A stretch of DNA of 64,000 nt from an uncultured virus (IMG/VR IMGVR_UViG_3300028797_000105) (taxonomy: Duplodnaviria > Heunggongvirae > Uroviricota > Caudoviricetes), in IMG/VR virus record IMGVR_UViG_3300028797_000105. The stretch is one strand, 5' to 3'. Positions within the stretch are counted from its first letter, which is position 1. Each line of letters begins with the position of its first letter. Below, one piece after another: positions 37,328-46,885 of this stretch. The position numbers were made by a program, and so were the translations under genes. The notes beneath the pieces were generated by a model, which was not told where the DNA came from, ran no database searches, and saw nothing but the letters and a program-made list of their open reading frames with translations.

Positions 37328-37789
37328 CTATTTCTTTTTTGCTGTTTGTGCGTTTTCCTCCATATCAAGCGTCCAAGGACCACGTCTTATCATTTTTTTG
37401 AACACGATTTTCTTTGAAGCAAATACGATGTCATTTTTTATGTTGTCGCCAACCACATATTCAGTTCCTTTTGGTATAACGCATTCATATTGTTCGTATC
37501 TGTAGTTGGGTGCGATGAACTCTGCGTTTTTGTCTGCGAATGTATGTATTAATCCGCTTGAATATATGTAGTTGTGTGTTTTTTGTGTACGAATATCCAC
37601 GGATTTTCTTTTTTCACATTCCACACTACCTTGTGCGACAAATGGCGCATTACCACAAACAACATCCTTTGGAACAAATGTTCCAGTGAATGTTGTTACG
37701 TGTTCGCTCTTCGTTGCCCTATACAGCCACTTGTAACAAGTTATATCTTGTTCTGCTATTGCTGTCTGTTTTTGGTTTGAATAAAGCAT
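37328..37789 (-). CDS. Hypothetical protein
   Basis: IAEQDITCYK..GLIHTF..ECVIPKGTEY..ASKKI. Confidence 0.7.
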   Translation of the reverse strand: MLYSNQKQTAIAEQDITCYKWLYRATKSEHVTTFTGTFVPKDVVCGNAPFVAQGSVECEKRKSVDIRTQKTHNYIYSSGLIHTFADKNAEFIAPNYRYEQYECVIPKGTEYVVGDNIKNDIVFASKKIVFKKMIRRGPWTLDMEENAQTAKKK

Positions 37790-37814
37790 ATTTTATTTTA
37801 TTTTATAAAATTGT

Positions 37815-38057
37815 TTATGCGTATATGCTGTTTCTGGTAAGTTCTGCATTATCCATAAGTGAAGCGATGTGCGTTCTCCACAAATCATCCGTTATGATAT
37901 TATAAAGTTGTTTGAGCTGTTTGCTGTCAAGTTGCGAACAGAACTCTTTGAACTCGGAAAACGTCATATTGTTTATGTCATTTTCCGTTATTTCGAAAAA
38001 CACCATAACATCATACAATTCTGTCGGAATAAACGCATTATGTTTTATCTTGCACAT
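37815..38057 (-). CDS. Hypothetical protein
   Basis: 80-aa ORF in the operon. Confidence 0.55.
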   Translation of the reverse strand: MCKIKHNAFIPTELYDVMVFFEITENDINNMTFSEFKEFCSQLDSKQLKQLYNIITDDLWRTHIASLMDNAELTRNSIYA

Positions 38058-38059
38058 AA

Positions 38060-38503
38060 TTACGAATTTACTTTAAATGCAGTATTGCCAGTTGTTATAT
38101 TGGTGTCGCATTTTTCATATACGTCATCAATAGCACTTATCAGCGAATGCATTTTTGCTATTGTTAGCGACTTGTAACTATCAAATGCTGTTTTGGACAA
38201 TATATCGTCATACGCAGCATAAACGCCTTTCCATCGGTCTTCGGTTTCTTCTTCGGTTTTGGATATAGCATAGATTATAATGGCATTTGGCATCAATTCC
38301 AAATAAATGCCATCAAGCCGTCTCCCGCTACTTTCTTCATATAACATATTTGCTTCTTTACGAATTTTGCCATAAATTTCTTTGACTTTTTGGTTTGTAG
38401 TCGCATTAAATAATTCATTTATCGCAAATAGTGGGTTGCTTAAAAGTTTTGCTATATAGCTATCTTCTATTGACGGTTTTTTGTTGTTTTTCTTTTTACT
38501 CAT
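38060..38503 (-). CDS. Hypothetical protein
   Basis: 147-aa ORF in the operon. Confidence 0.6.
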   Translation of the reverse strand: MSKKKNNKKPSIEDSYIAKLLSNPLFAINELFNATTNQKVKEIYGKIRKEANMLYEESSGRRLDGIYLELMPNAIIIYAISKTEEETEDRWKGVYAAYDDILSKTAFDSYKSLTIAKMHSLISAIDDVYEKCDTNITTGNTAFKVNS

Positions 38504-38505
38504 AA

Positions 38506-38988
38506 CTATTGTTCTTCTGTGTTAAACAAATTATTCATTTCTTCACGCTCACGAGCCATACGCTCATCACACATAGTATCGTATATGTGGCGTTCATAGT
38601 TTTCTCTGTACTGTTTTACAATGTCTGGCGGTGCTGGTAATGCCAACCCAGCATCAATCAAGCCACGGTAATCAAATCCGTTTGCGTCAATCCAGTCAAA
38701 CATATTTATGCTTGGAACATAACCTTGCTGCTCAATGTATGTTTCCGATGCCATATATTCGTTTTCCTCGTTATCTGACATAGAATCCATAGAACGTAAG
38801 TATGGTTTGACATACTCCAAATCGACAAATCCGTCAAACTCTCTCAAGTCCAATTCTCCAAAATATGCACGGCCATTAACGATTCCGTCAAGTTTTGCGG
38901 TTCTGCTGCCAAACACTTTGCAAATTATTCCGTGTGGCAGTTTGGCACACAATTCCTTTTTCAAGATTTCTTTTGATGCGTTATCCAT
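38506..38988 (-). CDS. Hypothetical protein (VKPYLR family)
   Basis: ELCAKLPHG..VKPYLRSM..FDYRGLI..GLAL. Confidence 0.7.
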   Translation of the reverse strand: MDNASKEILKKELCAKLPHGIICKVFGSRTAKLDGIVNGRAYFGELDLREFDGFVDLEYVKPYLRSMDSMSDNEENEYMASETYIEQQGYVPSINMFDWIDANGFDYRGLIDAGLALPAPPDIVKQYRENYERHIYDTMCDERMAREREEMNNLFNTEEQ

Positions 38989-39009
38989 AACTTTGTATTT
39001 TTAACGCAG

Positions 39010-39078
39010 CAAAAATACAACAATATCTTTTATGTTCAACTAACTTTTGTAAAAAAGTTTTCAACAAAGTTATCAACA
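39010..39078 (-). promoter_or_regulatory. Host-type promoter with tandem 12-mer, copy 6
   Basis: TATTTTTGC plus AAGTTTTCAACA-AAGTTATCAACA. Confidence 0.75.
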
Positions 39079-39211
39079 TATATGTTTGTTAAATCAACAC
39101 ATAACTTCTGCATATACCATTATAATGGCGTTATAACGATTACAAATTTCTATATTTTTCGGATTTGACAACAAGAACAGACCTATAAAAACATTAACAA
39201 GACCAAACTGG

Positions 39212-39643
39212 TTAATTCCGATATTTTTTATATTCTTCAAATGCAAGATGCTTCTGTTCAGCAGTCATCTCAAATTTTCCGTTTTCTATGTATGCGTTGA
39301 AAATGATTTTCTGATATTTGTGTTTTTCATCAAGTGCGTCAAATACATTAGCAAGTTGTGGCAGGTCATCTATTGTGATTCCGAAGTATTCAGCAACACT
39401 TGGTACTAAAATTTTTGATGCACAAATGGTGTCTGATTCTTTGATATGTTCAATGAGTTCATCTTTTGACATATCAATAATCAATATGCGGTCAAACTCA
39501 CCCTCTTTGAATGATATACATTTGAAGTTTTTTACATTGACATCTGTCATAACATATAATATGTCGGTATCGCTCGGATTAAACCCTTCAATTCCGTCAA
39601 AAAACGCACGAGAGCCTACTATGAATTTTTCTTTTGAACGCAT
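39212..39643 (-). CDS. Putative nucleotidyltransferase-fold protein
   Basis: IVGSRA..PSDTDIL (GS..DxD). Confidence 0.55.
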   Translation of the reverse strand: MRSKEKFIVGSRAFFDGIEGFNPSDTDILYVMTDVNVKNFKCISFKEGEFDRILIIDMSKDELIEHIKESDTICASKILVPSVAEYFGITIDDLPQLANVFDALDEKHKYQKIIFNAYIENGKFEMTAEQKHLAFEEYKKYRN

Positions 39644-39645
39644 AC

Positions 39646-40137
39646 CTATTTTTGCATCTTTGATGTTATGTCAGACCAGTCTTTTCCGAGTATTGTTTGG
39701 GCGTTGTTTCCGTATTTGGTTTTCATATACAGACGTTGGTTTGTATCTTTCTCGTTTATAGCACCATAACACACATCATATCTTCCGAGTTTCACATAAT
39801 CGAATACTTCAGAGTACCATTTTTCCACATTTTCCCTACCAGAATACACGGCTAATTTCACATTTTTGTAATTTGTGGCTATGTATTGTGCAACCTTGAA
39901 GAACGCCTCTTTGTCATTCCCCTCACCCATTAGGCAAACGCAAGTTATCCCTGCGTTTGCCGATATGAGTTCATCTATGTCAGAATAAGAAAGCTCTTTG
40001 CCAGTGTCCGTTTGCAGATATGGCGTGTGGCAACCTTTGCAACGATTTGTGCAGTTGCTTATGTTTATTGCGAGCGTCACCTCGTCTGGTATCTCCGAAA
40101 ACACAACGCTCGTGTCCTCTGGAACATACTTAATCAT
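39646..40137 (-). CDS. nrdG: Anaerobic ribonucleotide reductase activase
   Basis: VVFSEIPDEVTLAINISNCTNRCKGCH, MGEG, YVKLGRY, TNQRLY; likely start MIKYV. Confidence 0.88.
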   Translation of the reverse strand: MIKYVPEDTSVVFSEIPDEVTLAINISNCTNRCKGCHTPYLQTDTGKELSYSDIDELISANAGITCVCLMGEGNDKEAFFKVAQYIATNYKNVKLAVYSGRENVEKWYSEVFDYVKLGRYDVCYGAINEKDTNQRLYMKTKYGNNAQTILGKDWSDITSKMQK

Positions 40138-41011
40138 TCTTGTGTCTTTTTTCTTTGAGATATTCAATATAGTCTTCTTTGACAGTCGGGCAATATCTGA
40201 AAATGGTTTCCTTGTCCCACCAGCCGAAATGCTCGCCAAGCGGCATAGGTTCTGTCGTGTTGATTTCAAGACCCATTTCACGGGAAAGACTTTCAAACTC
40301 TTGGATTCCAAAGTCCTCACCAAGCCGCATCGCTTTCATAAACTTATAGAACAAGTCAAACAGTCTTGGCTTGCTTGATTCACTCGGAATGCCTCCACAA
40401 TAGTATTTCCAATCAAGCATAGTTTTGTATTCCTTTGCCGTGTACTTGCACTCGGTAATATATTCAAAGGCCATAGAATATGAAGTGATGAGTTTTCTGT
40501 GAACTTCGGAAGCACGCATATTGCGTTCCACTGATTTTTCCATAACGGCATTGAACTCGTCATCGTCCTTTGCTTTCAAGTTTATGGATAAATTTTTAGT
40601 CCATTCTGGTACTGGTATTGTTTCGTCAAATGCGTTAATGACATTATCCAAGAACTTTTCACGCATACACTGGTCAAACATTTTTTGCTTGACGTTTTCC
40701 TCGTATTTTTCTCGGTTTTTTTCTGAAAATTCTCCAGTTCTGATTTTCGTCATAATTGTAACGAACTCGCTGTATTGCTGTTTTGAAACTGGAATTTGCA
40801 ACACGTCAAACACGGTAGAATAATCCTCCTCAATGATGTTGTCAAGTTCTTCGTGCATTTCACGCATTTCCTTAACGCCAGCGTTCAACAGAATATTCAC
40901 TTTGGTTTTCAAATCCATTTCAAGTTCAAGTCCGAGTGATGATGCAACACGGAAATAATGTTCGGCTGCTTTGTTCAGCCTCTTGTTTTCTTTTTCTTTT
41001 TTCTCTTTCAT
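40130..41011 (-). CDS. Hypothetical protein
   Basis: 293-aa ORF overlapping the nrdG start. Confidence 0.7.
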   Translation of the reverse strand: MKEKKEKENKRLNKAAEHYFRVASSLGLELEMDLKTKVNILLNAGVKEMREMHEELDNIIEEDYSTVFDVLQIPVSKQQYSEFVTIMTKIRTGEFSEKNREKYEENVKQKMFDQCMREKFLDNVINAFDETIPVPEWTKNLSINLKAKDDDEFNAVMEKSVERNMRASEVHRKLITSYSMAFEYITECKYTAKEYKTMLDWKYYCGGIPSESSKPRLFDLFYKFMKAMRLGEDFGIQEFESLSREMGLEINTTEPMPLGEHFGWWDKETIFRYCPTVKEDYIEYLKEKRHKND

Positions 41012-41115
41012 CGCAAAAATGTTTTTATATTATATAATAAAAATTTCAGATTATCGTTTGAAAAATAAAAAAAGACGGATTGCTGTCCGTCTTTTAGTTA
41101 TACATAAATTGGAAT

Positions 41116-41859
41116 TTATTTCAAATGAAGTTTTTTGATGGTGTTGTTTCCGACCTCACCAACAATCTTGTCAATATCACTGATGGCTTTTACAATATCA
41201 TCTGCAAAATATGTTGAACAATAGTCATCAACGGTGTTTATGTTATCCAATATGAATGGAATCAACATAAATGTTGTATCGCCATACCCGTTTGCTTGTA
41301 CGATATCAAAGAAATCGTATTTGTTGTTATATAAAATGCTTCCTTTTAATTTGCAAATTTCGGTATATACATCTTTATCAAAATCGTTGTCCAGATAAAC
41401 ATAAGCGGTGTCTTCCTCACACAAATCCATATTTGCGCCAAGTTTCTCAAAAAGTTGGTCTATTGCATAATAAATGGGTATTTGCGCAAAAATATACGGG
41501 TGTCCTACTTTTCCGTAATCCGTGTATGTGACCATAGCAGTATAGTCATCATATTCTTTTTCCATAAAATCGTCATTTATCATAAACGTCATATTGCGTT
41601 TTGATTTTTTCATTAAAATGTTTGTGGATTTTACCCAGTCCCAATTCATAATACGGATGTAATTCAGTTGCGTGTTAAGATTGTTTTGAAGTCTGTTGTA
41701 TAAATCTTCATAAACAACTCTAACGATGTCTTCTTGTTCGCTTGTTGCGATATATTCTGAATTTTTCTTTGCATTATTCATTCGCAGCTCGCCTCTTGAC
41801 ATAGGCTTTATGTTCAGTTTTTCACTTATGAAATTTTCTGACCTTAATATTTTTGTCAT
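41116..41859 (-). CDS. Hypothetical protein, EKLxIKP leader family
   Basis: MTKILRSENFISEKLNIKPMS; tandem paralog of 41891-42619 (TYTDxG, IPFIxDNIN). Confidence 0.75.
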   Translation of the reverse strand: MTKILRSENFISEKLNIKPMSRGELRMNNAKKNSEYIATSEQEDIVRVVYEDLYNRLQNNLNTQLNYIRIMNWDWVKSTNILMKKSKRNMTFMINDDFMEKEYDDYTAMVTYTDYGKVGHPYIFAQIPIYYAIDQLFEKLGANMDLCEEDTAYVYLDNDFDKDVYTEICKLKGSILYNNKYDFFDIVQANGYGDTTFMLIPFILDNINTVDDYCSTYFADDIVKAISDIDKIVGEVGNNTIKKLHLK

Positions 41860-41890
41860 AATTGTTATTTGTGTTTTTCGTATTTTTGCC

Positions 41891-42619
41891 TTATAACCAT
41901 TGGGATTTTGTTACCGCTTCAATTCCTTTTTTGATATAATCATTTGATTTTATGATTGTACGTTTTATTTCATTAACAAAGTCATCAAAGCGTTTATCGT
42001 TCACATTGTTTTCTACATTTATATTGTCTATGATAAATGGAATTGTTATGGATGTTGTTTCGCCAAAACCAATTGCATCAACAGAGTTATCGTATGTGAA
42101 TGCTTTTCTGTCAATATATTTGCTTCCGTTTTTGAGAATATCATTAAACACATCACGTTCAAATTGGCCGTTCTTATAATAATCCAATGCCCATTCTGCC
42201 ATACGGTCTTCATATTGGACAAGTTCATATGTTCCGAAATATGCCATAACGATGACATATATGTATGCCATACCACTATCACCAATGTCTGTGTATGTTA
42301 TATATGATATATCGTCAGCATCACCAATAAAGTCTTTGTCATCATCATCGTATATGCAACAAAATGAGCCGTTGCCATTAATATAATCCTCTTTATTATA
42401 TGATGCTTCTAAAGGTTCGGATTCTATTGTGAGATATTTCAAATCTTCAATTTCACCAAACATTTTATTGATTTTGTCAGCCGCTTTGTTAAGTATCTTT
42501 TTGCGTTCAGCAAAAATAACTTTTGTTGTCATATCAGAAAGCCTGCTTTTTGTTATAGGTTTTATTCCGAGCTTTTCACCTATGAATCTGTCGTAATCCA
42601 ATATTTTTATCATTTGCAT
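41891..42619 (-). CDS. Hypothetical protein, EKLxIKP leader family
   Basis: MIKILDYDRFIGEKLGIKPITKSRL; TATAAATA at 42650-42657. Confidence 0.75.
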   Translation of the reverse strand: MQMIKILDYDRFIGEKLGIKPITKSRLSDMTTKVIFAERKKILNKAADKINKMFGEIEDLKYLTIESEPLEASYNKEDYINGNGSFCCIYDDDDKDFIGDADDISYITYTDIGDSGMAYIYVIVMAYFGTYELVQYEDRMAEWALDYYKNGQFERDVFNDILKNGSKYIDRKAFTYDNSVDAIGFGETTSITIPFIIDNINVENNVNDKRFDDFVNEIKRTIIKSNDYIKKGIEAVTKSQWL

Positions 42620-42714
42620 AATTCGGAATTATTCTTTTTATTCTTGTATTATTTATAAGAAGAAAAAGGCCAGCATAAAGAACGCTGGCCTCAAAACAAT
42701 AAAAGTATGGAAAA

Positions 42715-44859
42715 TCACAAAGCATTTAGCTTGTCTCGGTAATAGGTTTCGCTTCTCAACGATTCTTTTCTTTTCTTCTCGCTGACATTCATATAAAGTT
42801 CTTTCATTTTGTCTTTCGGCATAGAAACATTCTCAAACAAATACTTTGATGATTGCACGAACATATTATACCATTCTGGGTCTTTCAATGTATCGCCAAC
42901 CCGTTTCTCACATTCGTCAATTATGTTTCTAACAAATTTGGATATTCTTGCATTTGTGTCATTATCATTAACAAACATACCGCCATTTGTGCTTTCTGGA
43001 CTTTTGAGATATGTATACACACAAGATTCAAGCGCATTATGCATACCATATGTTCTGACCATTTCAGATGCGTATGTCGTGGCATCGGCCAAATCAATGC
43101 TTGCGCCAGACGTATATTCTTCATCGCCAAACACAAATTTCTCCGCAACATATCCAGCAAGACATACTTGTATGTTTGCGAGATATTCCGCTTTGCTGAT
43201 AAAATGGTTATCGTCTTTCGGCGGCATCATAAACCCGTTTGCGTTTCCAGCAGCGCAGTTTGAAACAAGTTTGTCTGGCATCTTTCCGAACAGTTTTGCA
43301 TACATAACAAAGTGCATACTTTCGTGTACTGCGGTGAGTGCTTGCCGTTCATCACGCTTGTTTTTTCGCAAGTCCTCAATTTTCAATTCCTGCTTGAACT
43401 CAAACTTGTTTGTCTTGTCGCTGTCATTATATTTTATGTCGGCAATCACATAGTTTTCCTTGTATGACATAAGTATTGATGAAATTTCGTATTTGTTATT
43501 GTCATACGCTTGCAGAACGATACGTGGAAGTTTGGTTTCAACAATCTCATATATGCTTGAAAATACTGGACGTGTACCTTGTGTCGGGAATACGCCATCC
43601 TTGTAAATGACATCAATTATGCTGTCATCAAATTCAATGTTGATTCCGAAGTTGTCGTACACACGCTTCTTGTACTGGCCAAGACGGAGTTTGATTATGT
43701 TGTTGAAATTCTCGGATGAGAATGACGGGTACATAAGCATAATGTTTCCAAGGCGGGCAATCTGCTCGTTTCTGAAACGCTCTTGCAATGCCTCCTTTAT
43801 GTCAACCATACTCAACTTGCTTGTAATTTCGTGGAACTGGTCGGCATCCATATCTGGATTCATATCGTAACTCATTGTGTATGCCTCGTCCACATTTCCG
43901 ATAACGAAAACAAGAGAGCCGCTATAGTCGTGGTAATAACCGCCCTTTGACTTGGTTTCAAATTTGTAGAGCAACTGCAAAAGACCTTTCATATCAAGGT
44001 TTTTGAGTTTGTCCTCAAACAGCATAAGCAATGTGTTGTCATCAATGGTCAGATTATGAATTGTGAACAATGTGCTTGCCGTCTGTGCGGTGAACCACAA
44101 GTTTGGTTCGTTTTTGATATAGCGGTCGGCAATATCGCACCAGCAGCTTGTGTTGTCGTGCTCTTCTATCACCTTGCCGTCATAGTTAAAGTATCGGTCT
44201 ATGAGCATACGCATATCCTGCGCTGTGTTGAGCAAGTCATCAATGCTTTTCTCGTCTTTGTCATCACCAGGTTTCAACTGGCTACCGAACACTTTGTCAA
44301 TACCACAAAGTTTTCCGTTTTGGATAGTAACGCCAGACTTTTCAAGGAACGATGTGAGATACAGTATGCTTAAAAAGTGATTCATCACATAGCGTTCAAT
44401 CTTTGCTCTGAACACGCCGCTGTCTATAAGTTCCCATATCGTTTTCAATGCGGTCTTGTTGTCTTTTTCCTTTCCGTCCTCCGATTTTGTTGCGGCGAAC
44501 TGGAACTCGTCAAATATGAAAACTGGGTTTCTCTCTTTGTTTGATATGTTTTCCGTTATATTGTCCTCAAGTTCGGTTGAGTTGTCCTCATCAAGTTTTG
44601 CGAGATTATACATAACGGTTCTGTCGTTCACTTCAAGCAGTTCGCAAAGTCTGTTCACAAGGCTTGTCTTTCCGCAGCCAGTCAGCCCCCACAAGTTTAT
44701 CACAAGCGGTTTTGACACCATTTCTGGAAACAGATACCATACACGAATGTTGGAGATGATGCTGTCAATGACTGAATCAATGCCTATGAATTCGGCTTTG
44801 AGCTGATTTTGTGCGTTTATGAGTCGTTCCTCTTTTTCTTTGATGTTTTCTATATTCAT
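42715..44859 (-). CDS. AAA+ ATPase fused to an M41 (FtsH-like) metallopeptidase, no TM segment
   Basis: GLTGCGKT, FIFDEFQ, AVHESMH, LAGYVAE, GASID. Confidence 0.85.
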   Translation of the reverse strand: MNIENIKEKEERLINAQNQLKAEFIGIDSVIDSIISNIRVWYLFPEMVSKPLVINLWGLTGCGKTSLVNRLCELLEVNDRTVMYNLAKLDEDNSTELEDNITENISNKERNPVFIFDEFQFAATKSEDGKEKDNKTALKTIWELIDSGVFRAKIERYVMNHFLSILYLTSFLEKSGVTIQNGKLCGIDKVFGSQLKPGDDKDEKSIDDLLNTAQDMRMLIDRYFNYDGKVIEEHDNTSCWCDIADRYIKNEPNLWFTAQTASTLFTIHNLTIDDNTLLMLFEDKLKNLDMKGLLQLLYKFETKSKGGYYHDYSGSLVFVIGNVDEAYTMSYDMNPDMDADQFHEITSKLSMVDIKEALQERFRNEQIARLGNIMLMYPSFSSENFNNIIKLRLGQYKKRVYDNFGINIEFDDSIIDVIYKDGVFPTQGTRPVFSSIYEIVETKLPRIVLQAYDNNKYEISSILMSYKENYVIADIKYNDSDKTNKFEFKQELKIEDLRKNKRDERQALTAVHESMHFVMYAKLFGKMPDKLVSNCAAGNANGFMMPPKDDNHFISKAEYLANIQVCLAGYVAEKFVFGDEEYTSGASIDLADATTYASEMVRTYGMHNALESCVYTYLKSPESTNGGMFVNDNDTNARISKFVRNIIDECEKRVGDTLKDPEWYNMFVQSSKYLFENVSMPKDKMKELYMNVSEKKRKESLRSETYYRDKLNAL

Positions 44860-44868
44860 TGTTTAATA

Positions 44869-45297
44869 TTAAATCAGTATGGATATTATATTGTATTTCG
44901 TTTTGAACTCGGCCAATGCCTTTTGCATAAGCATATCGTGTGTGGTTTTGTCAATTGTGCTGTATTCATTGGCATAAGTCTGATATATTTCATTCAGTTT
45001 TTCTCGGATTTTGTTTGGTATGTCATTCCATTTGATAAATTTATTTTCTCCGTTTTTACATTTTTTCACAAACTCATCATATTGGATGTCTTCTTTGTAT
45101 TGCAACCCGATTTCTTTAAGATAGTCAATACCATCTGATATATGAATTTTTATGAGGGTGAGTGCATTAATCATATAATCCGTATCAGCGGCTTTTTGCA
45201 TTTCCTCCACATTACAATCAAGCCCCAACAAATCATACATAGTGCGTATTATTTTTACACAGTGCTCTGTATTCTTTATGTATTCTTCTTTTGTCAT
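44869..45297 (-). CDS. Hypothetical protein
   Basis: Likely start MTKEEY; the upstream part of the track ORF overlaps other genes. Confidence 0.6.
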   Translation of the reverse strand: MTKEEYIKNTEHCVKIIRTMYDLLGLDCNVEEMQKAADTDYMINALTLIKIHISDGIDYLKEIGLQYKEDIQYDEFVKKCKNGENKFIKWNDIPNKIREKLNEIYQTYANEYSTIDKTTHDMLMQKALAEFKTKYNIISILI

Positions 45298-45299
45298 AA

Positions 45300-45470
45300 T
45301 TAAAACATTTGAGTTGAGAACAGAAGCAGGCCGACAACGCAAAACATTAACAGAATAATAAGCAGGTAAATCCAAAGAGGGGACAAAACCCAAACCCACC
45401 TCCACTTTATTGTGTTGGTAAGTTTCAACACAACAAAAATGATTGTTATAAGCAGCACGAGTTTTAACAT
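45300..45470 (-). CDS. Small membrane protein
   Basis: IFVVLKLTNTIKWRWVWVLSPLWI motif. Confidence 0.7.
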   Translation of the reverse strand: MLKLVLLITIIFVVLKLTNTIKWRWVWVLSPLWIYLLIILLMFCVVGLLLFSTQMF

Positions 45471-45793
45471 TGTATGATTTCCTTTCTTCTTTTTGCAATT
45501 TCTTCGCAAATGATTGCGGTCTCATTTTCCATAAGGCATCGGATTGTGTCTTTGAACGCCCATTCTCTTGATTTGAAACCGAGTTTTTGCAAAAAACTTT
45601 GTTTCAGTTTGCCGTCTTTCGGTATCCCGTACAAGCAAAACATCATATTACGCAGATTGGCGAGCATATTGGAACAAGTTTCCAACTGCTCTTCGGTCTG
45701 TGATGAGCTGATGCACTTGAATATCTTGTCTGTTCCGTCATATATTTTCTTATATGCGGCAAGTTCTCTGTTTGGTGTTAGATAGTTATCCAT
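45464..45793 (-). CDS. Hypothetical protein
   Basis: CISSSQTEEQLETC motif; overlapping operon arrangement. Confidence 0.6.
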   Translation of the reverse strand: MDNYLTPNRELAAYKKIYDGTDKIFKCISSSQTEEQLETCSNMLANLRNMMFCLYGIPKDGKLKQSFLQKLGFKSREWAFKDTIRCLMENETAIICEEIAKRRKEIIQC

Positions 45794-46260
45794 TTTGAAT
45801 CGTCTAATGTTACAACAATTTCACTCCCGTCTTTTGCATTTACTATCATATAGCATTCACTGCTTGTTTTGTATATGTCAAGTTCGCAATACAACGGGTC
45901 TGTCGCTTCTTGGCCGAGTGTTTTGAAGCATTCAATCAACAAGGGGTCGTGCCTGCATTCACACAAAGGGTTGAATGGTTTTAATCCTTTGTATGCGATG
46001 CTTCTTTCACCAAGCCAAGCAATCGCTTTGTCGCTCAAACAAAAGGATGCGCCTTTTCTGTTATAAAGAATTTCGGTAATTTTTGAAATGGTTGGCTTTT
46101 CTTTCAGTCCGTTAAGCCAATCCCAGAAATCCACTATGGCTTCTTCGTATTCGGAAGCATTCGGGTCGTAATCTACGGTTTTTCGGCAGTTCGCTATAAG
46201 CTCTTCGACCTCTTTTTTCTTTTCGTCACAAATATACATACTTTCAATTTTCTTATTCAT
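45778..46260 (-). CDS. Hypothetical protein
   Basis: Likely start MNKKIES; FCLS..A..RHDPLLIE. Confidence 0.6.
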   Translation of the reverse strand: MNKKIESMYICDEKKKEVEELIANCRKTVDYDPNASEYEEAIVDFWDWLNGLKEKPTISKITEILYNRKGASFCLSDKAIAWLGERSIAYKGLKPFNPLCECRHDPLLIECFKTLGQEATDPLYCELDIYKTSSECYMIVNAKDGSEIVVTLDDSKWITI

Positions 46261-46294
46261 ATATAATAAAAAAATGAACTTTTTGATTGCATTG

Positions 46295-46361
46295 CAAAAA
46301 TACAAAACTTTTCAATATCCAAAACAAAAAAGTGAAAAAGTTATCAACAATATTATTAACA
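46295..46361 (-). promoter_or_regulatory. Host-type promoter with tandem 12-mer, copy 7
   Basis: TATTTTTGC plus AAGTTATCAACA and a degenerate second unit. Confidence 0.7.
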
Positions 46362-46414
46362 CAAAATCATATTGCTTGCGGGCTTTATAAATATAACAGC
46401 ATTATAATGAATTT

Positions 46415-46615
46415 ATGCCAAGTGTAAGTAAAAAACAGCAAAATTTTTTCAAACTTGTTCGTGCCGTACAGAACGGTGACGTAAAGAAAAAGGAAGTCAG
46501 CAAGTCCGTTAGGGATGCGGCAAACGGTATGACCAAAAAACAAGTCAGCGATTTCGCCGACTATCTCAAAACAAAGAAACGCAAAAAACGTGTGAAACGA
46601 GTATCTGATATGTAA
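46415..46615 (+). CDS. Small basic late protein (DUF3008-like)
   Basis: MPSVSKKQQNFF..A..MT..V.DFA; TATAAATA at 46386-46393. Confidence 0.7.
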   Translation: MPSVSKKQQNFFKLVRAVQNGDVKKKEVSKSVRDAANGMTKKQVSDFADYLKTKKRKKRVKRVSDM

Positions 46616-46616
46616 G

Positions 46617-46883
46617 ATGGAAGAAAATGTAAACAAATATAAAGGATTCACGCACCCGAAAGAGCAGGTTATGTATGACGGCTGGGATGTCAAATATCAA
46701 GGATATGATTATTCAAAGACTTTGATAAAGAACTCGCTGTCAAAATATTTGTATGCCAACAACAAGCTCGCTGGTTTTCTTGACCATCTGAACGACTTTA
46801 TGGTAAATCTTGTTGAAAGCGTCAAATATATAAGGAACTACTATAACTATGCTGTTCCGAAGAATTACCGCAAAATCAACTAA
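46617..46883 (+). CDS. Hypothetical late protein
   Basis: 88 aa in the late operon. Confidence 0.65.
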   Translation: MEENVNKYKGFTHPKEQVMYDGWDVKYQGYDYSKTLIKNSLSKYLYANNKLAGFLDHLNDFMVNLVESVKYIRNYYNYAVPKNYRKIN

Positions 46884-46885
46884 TA

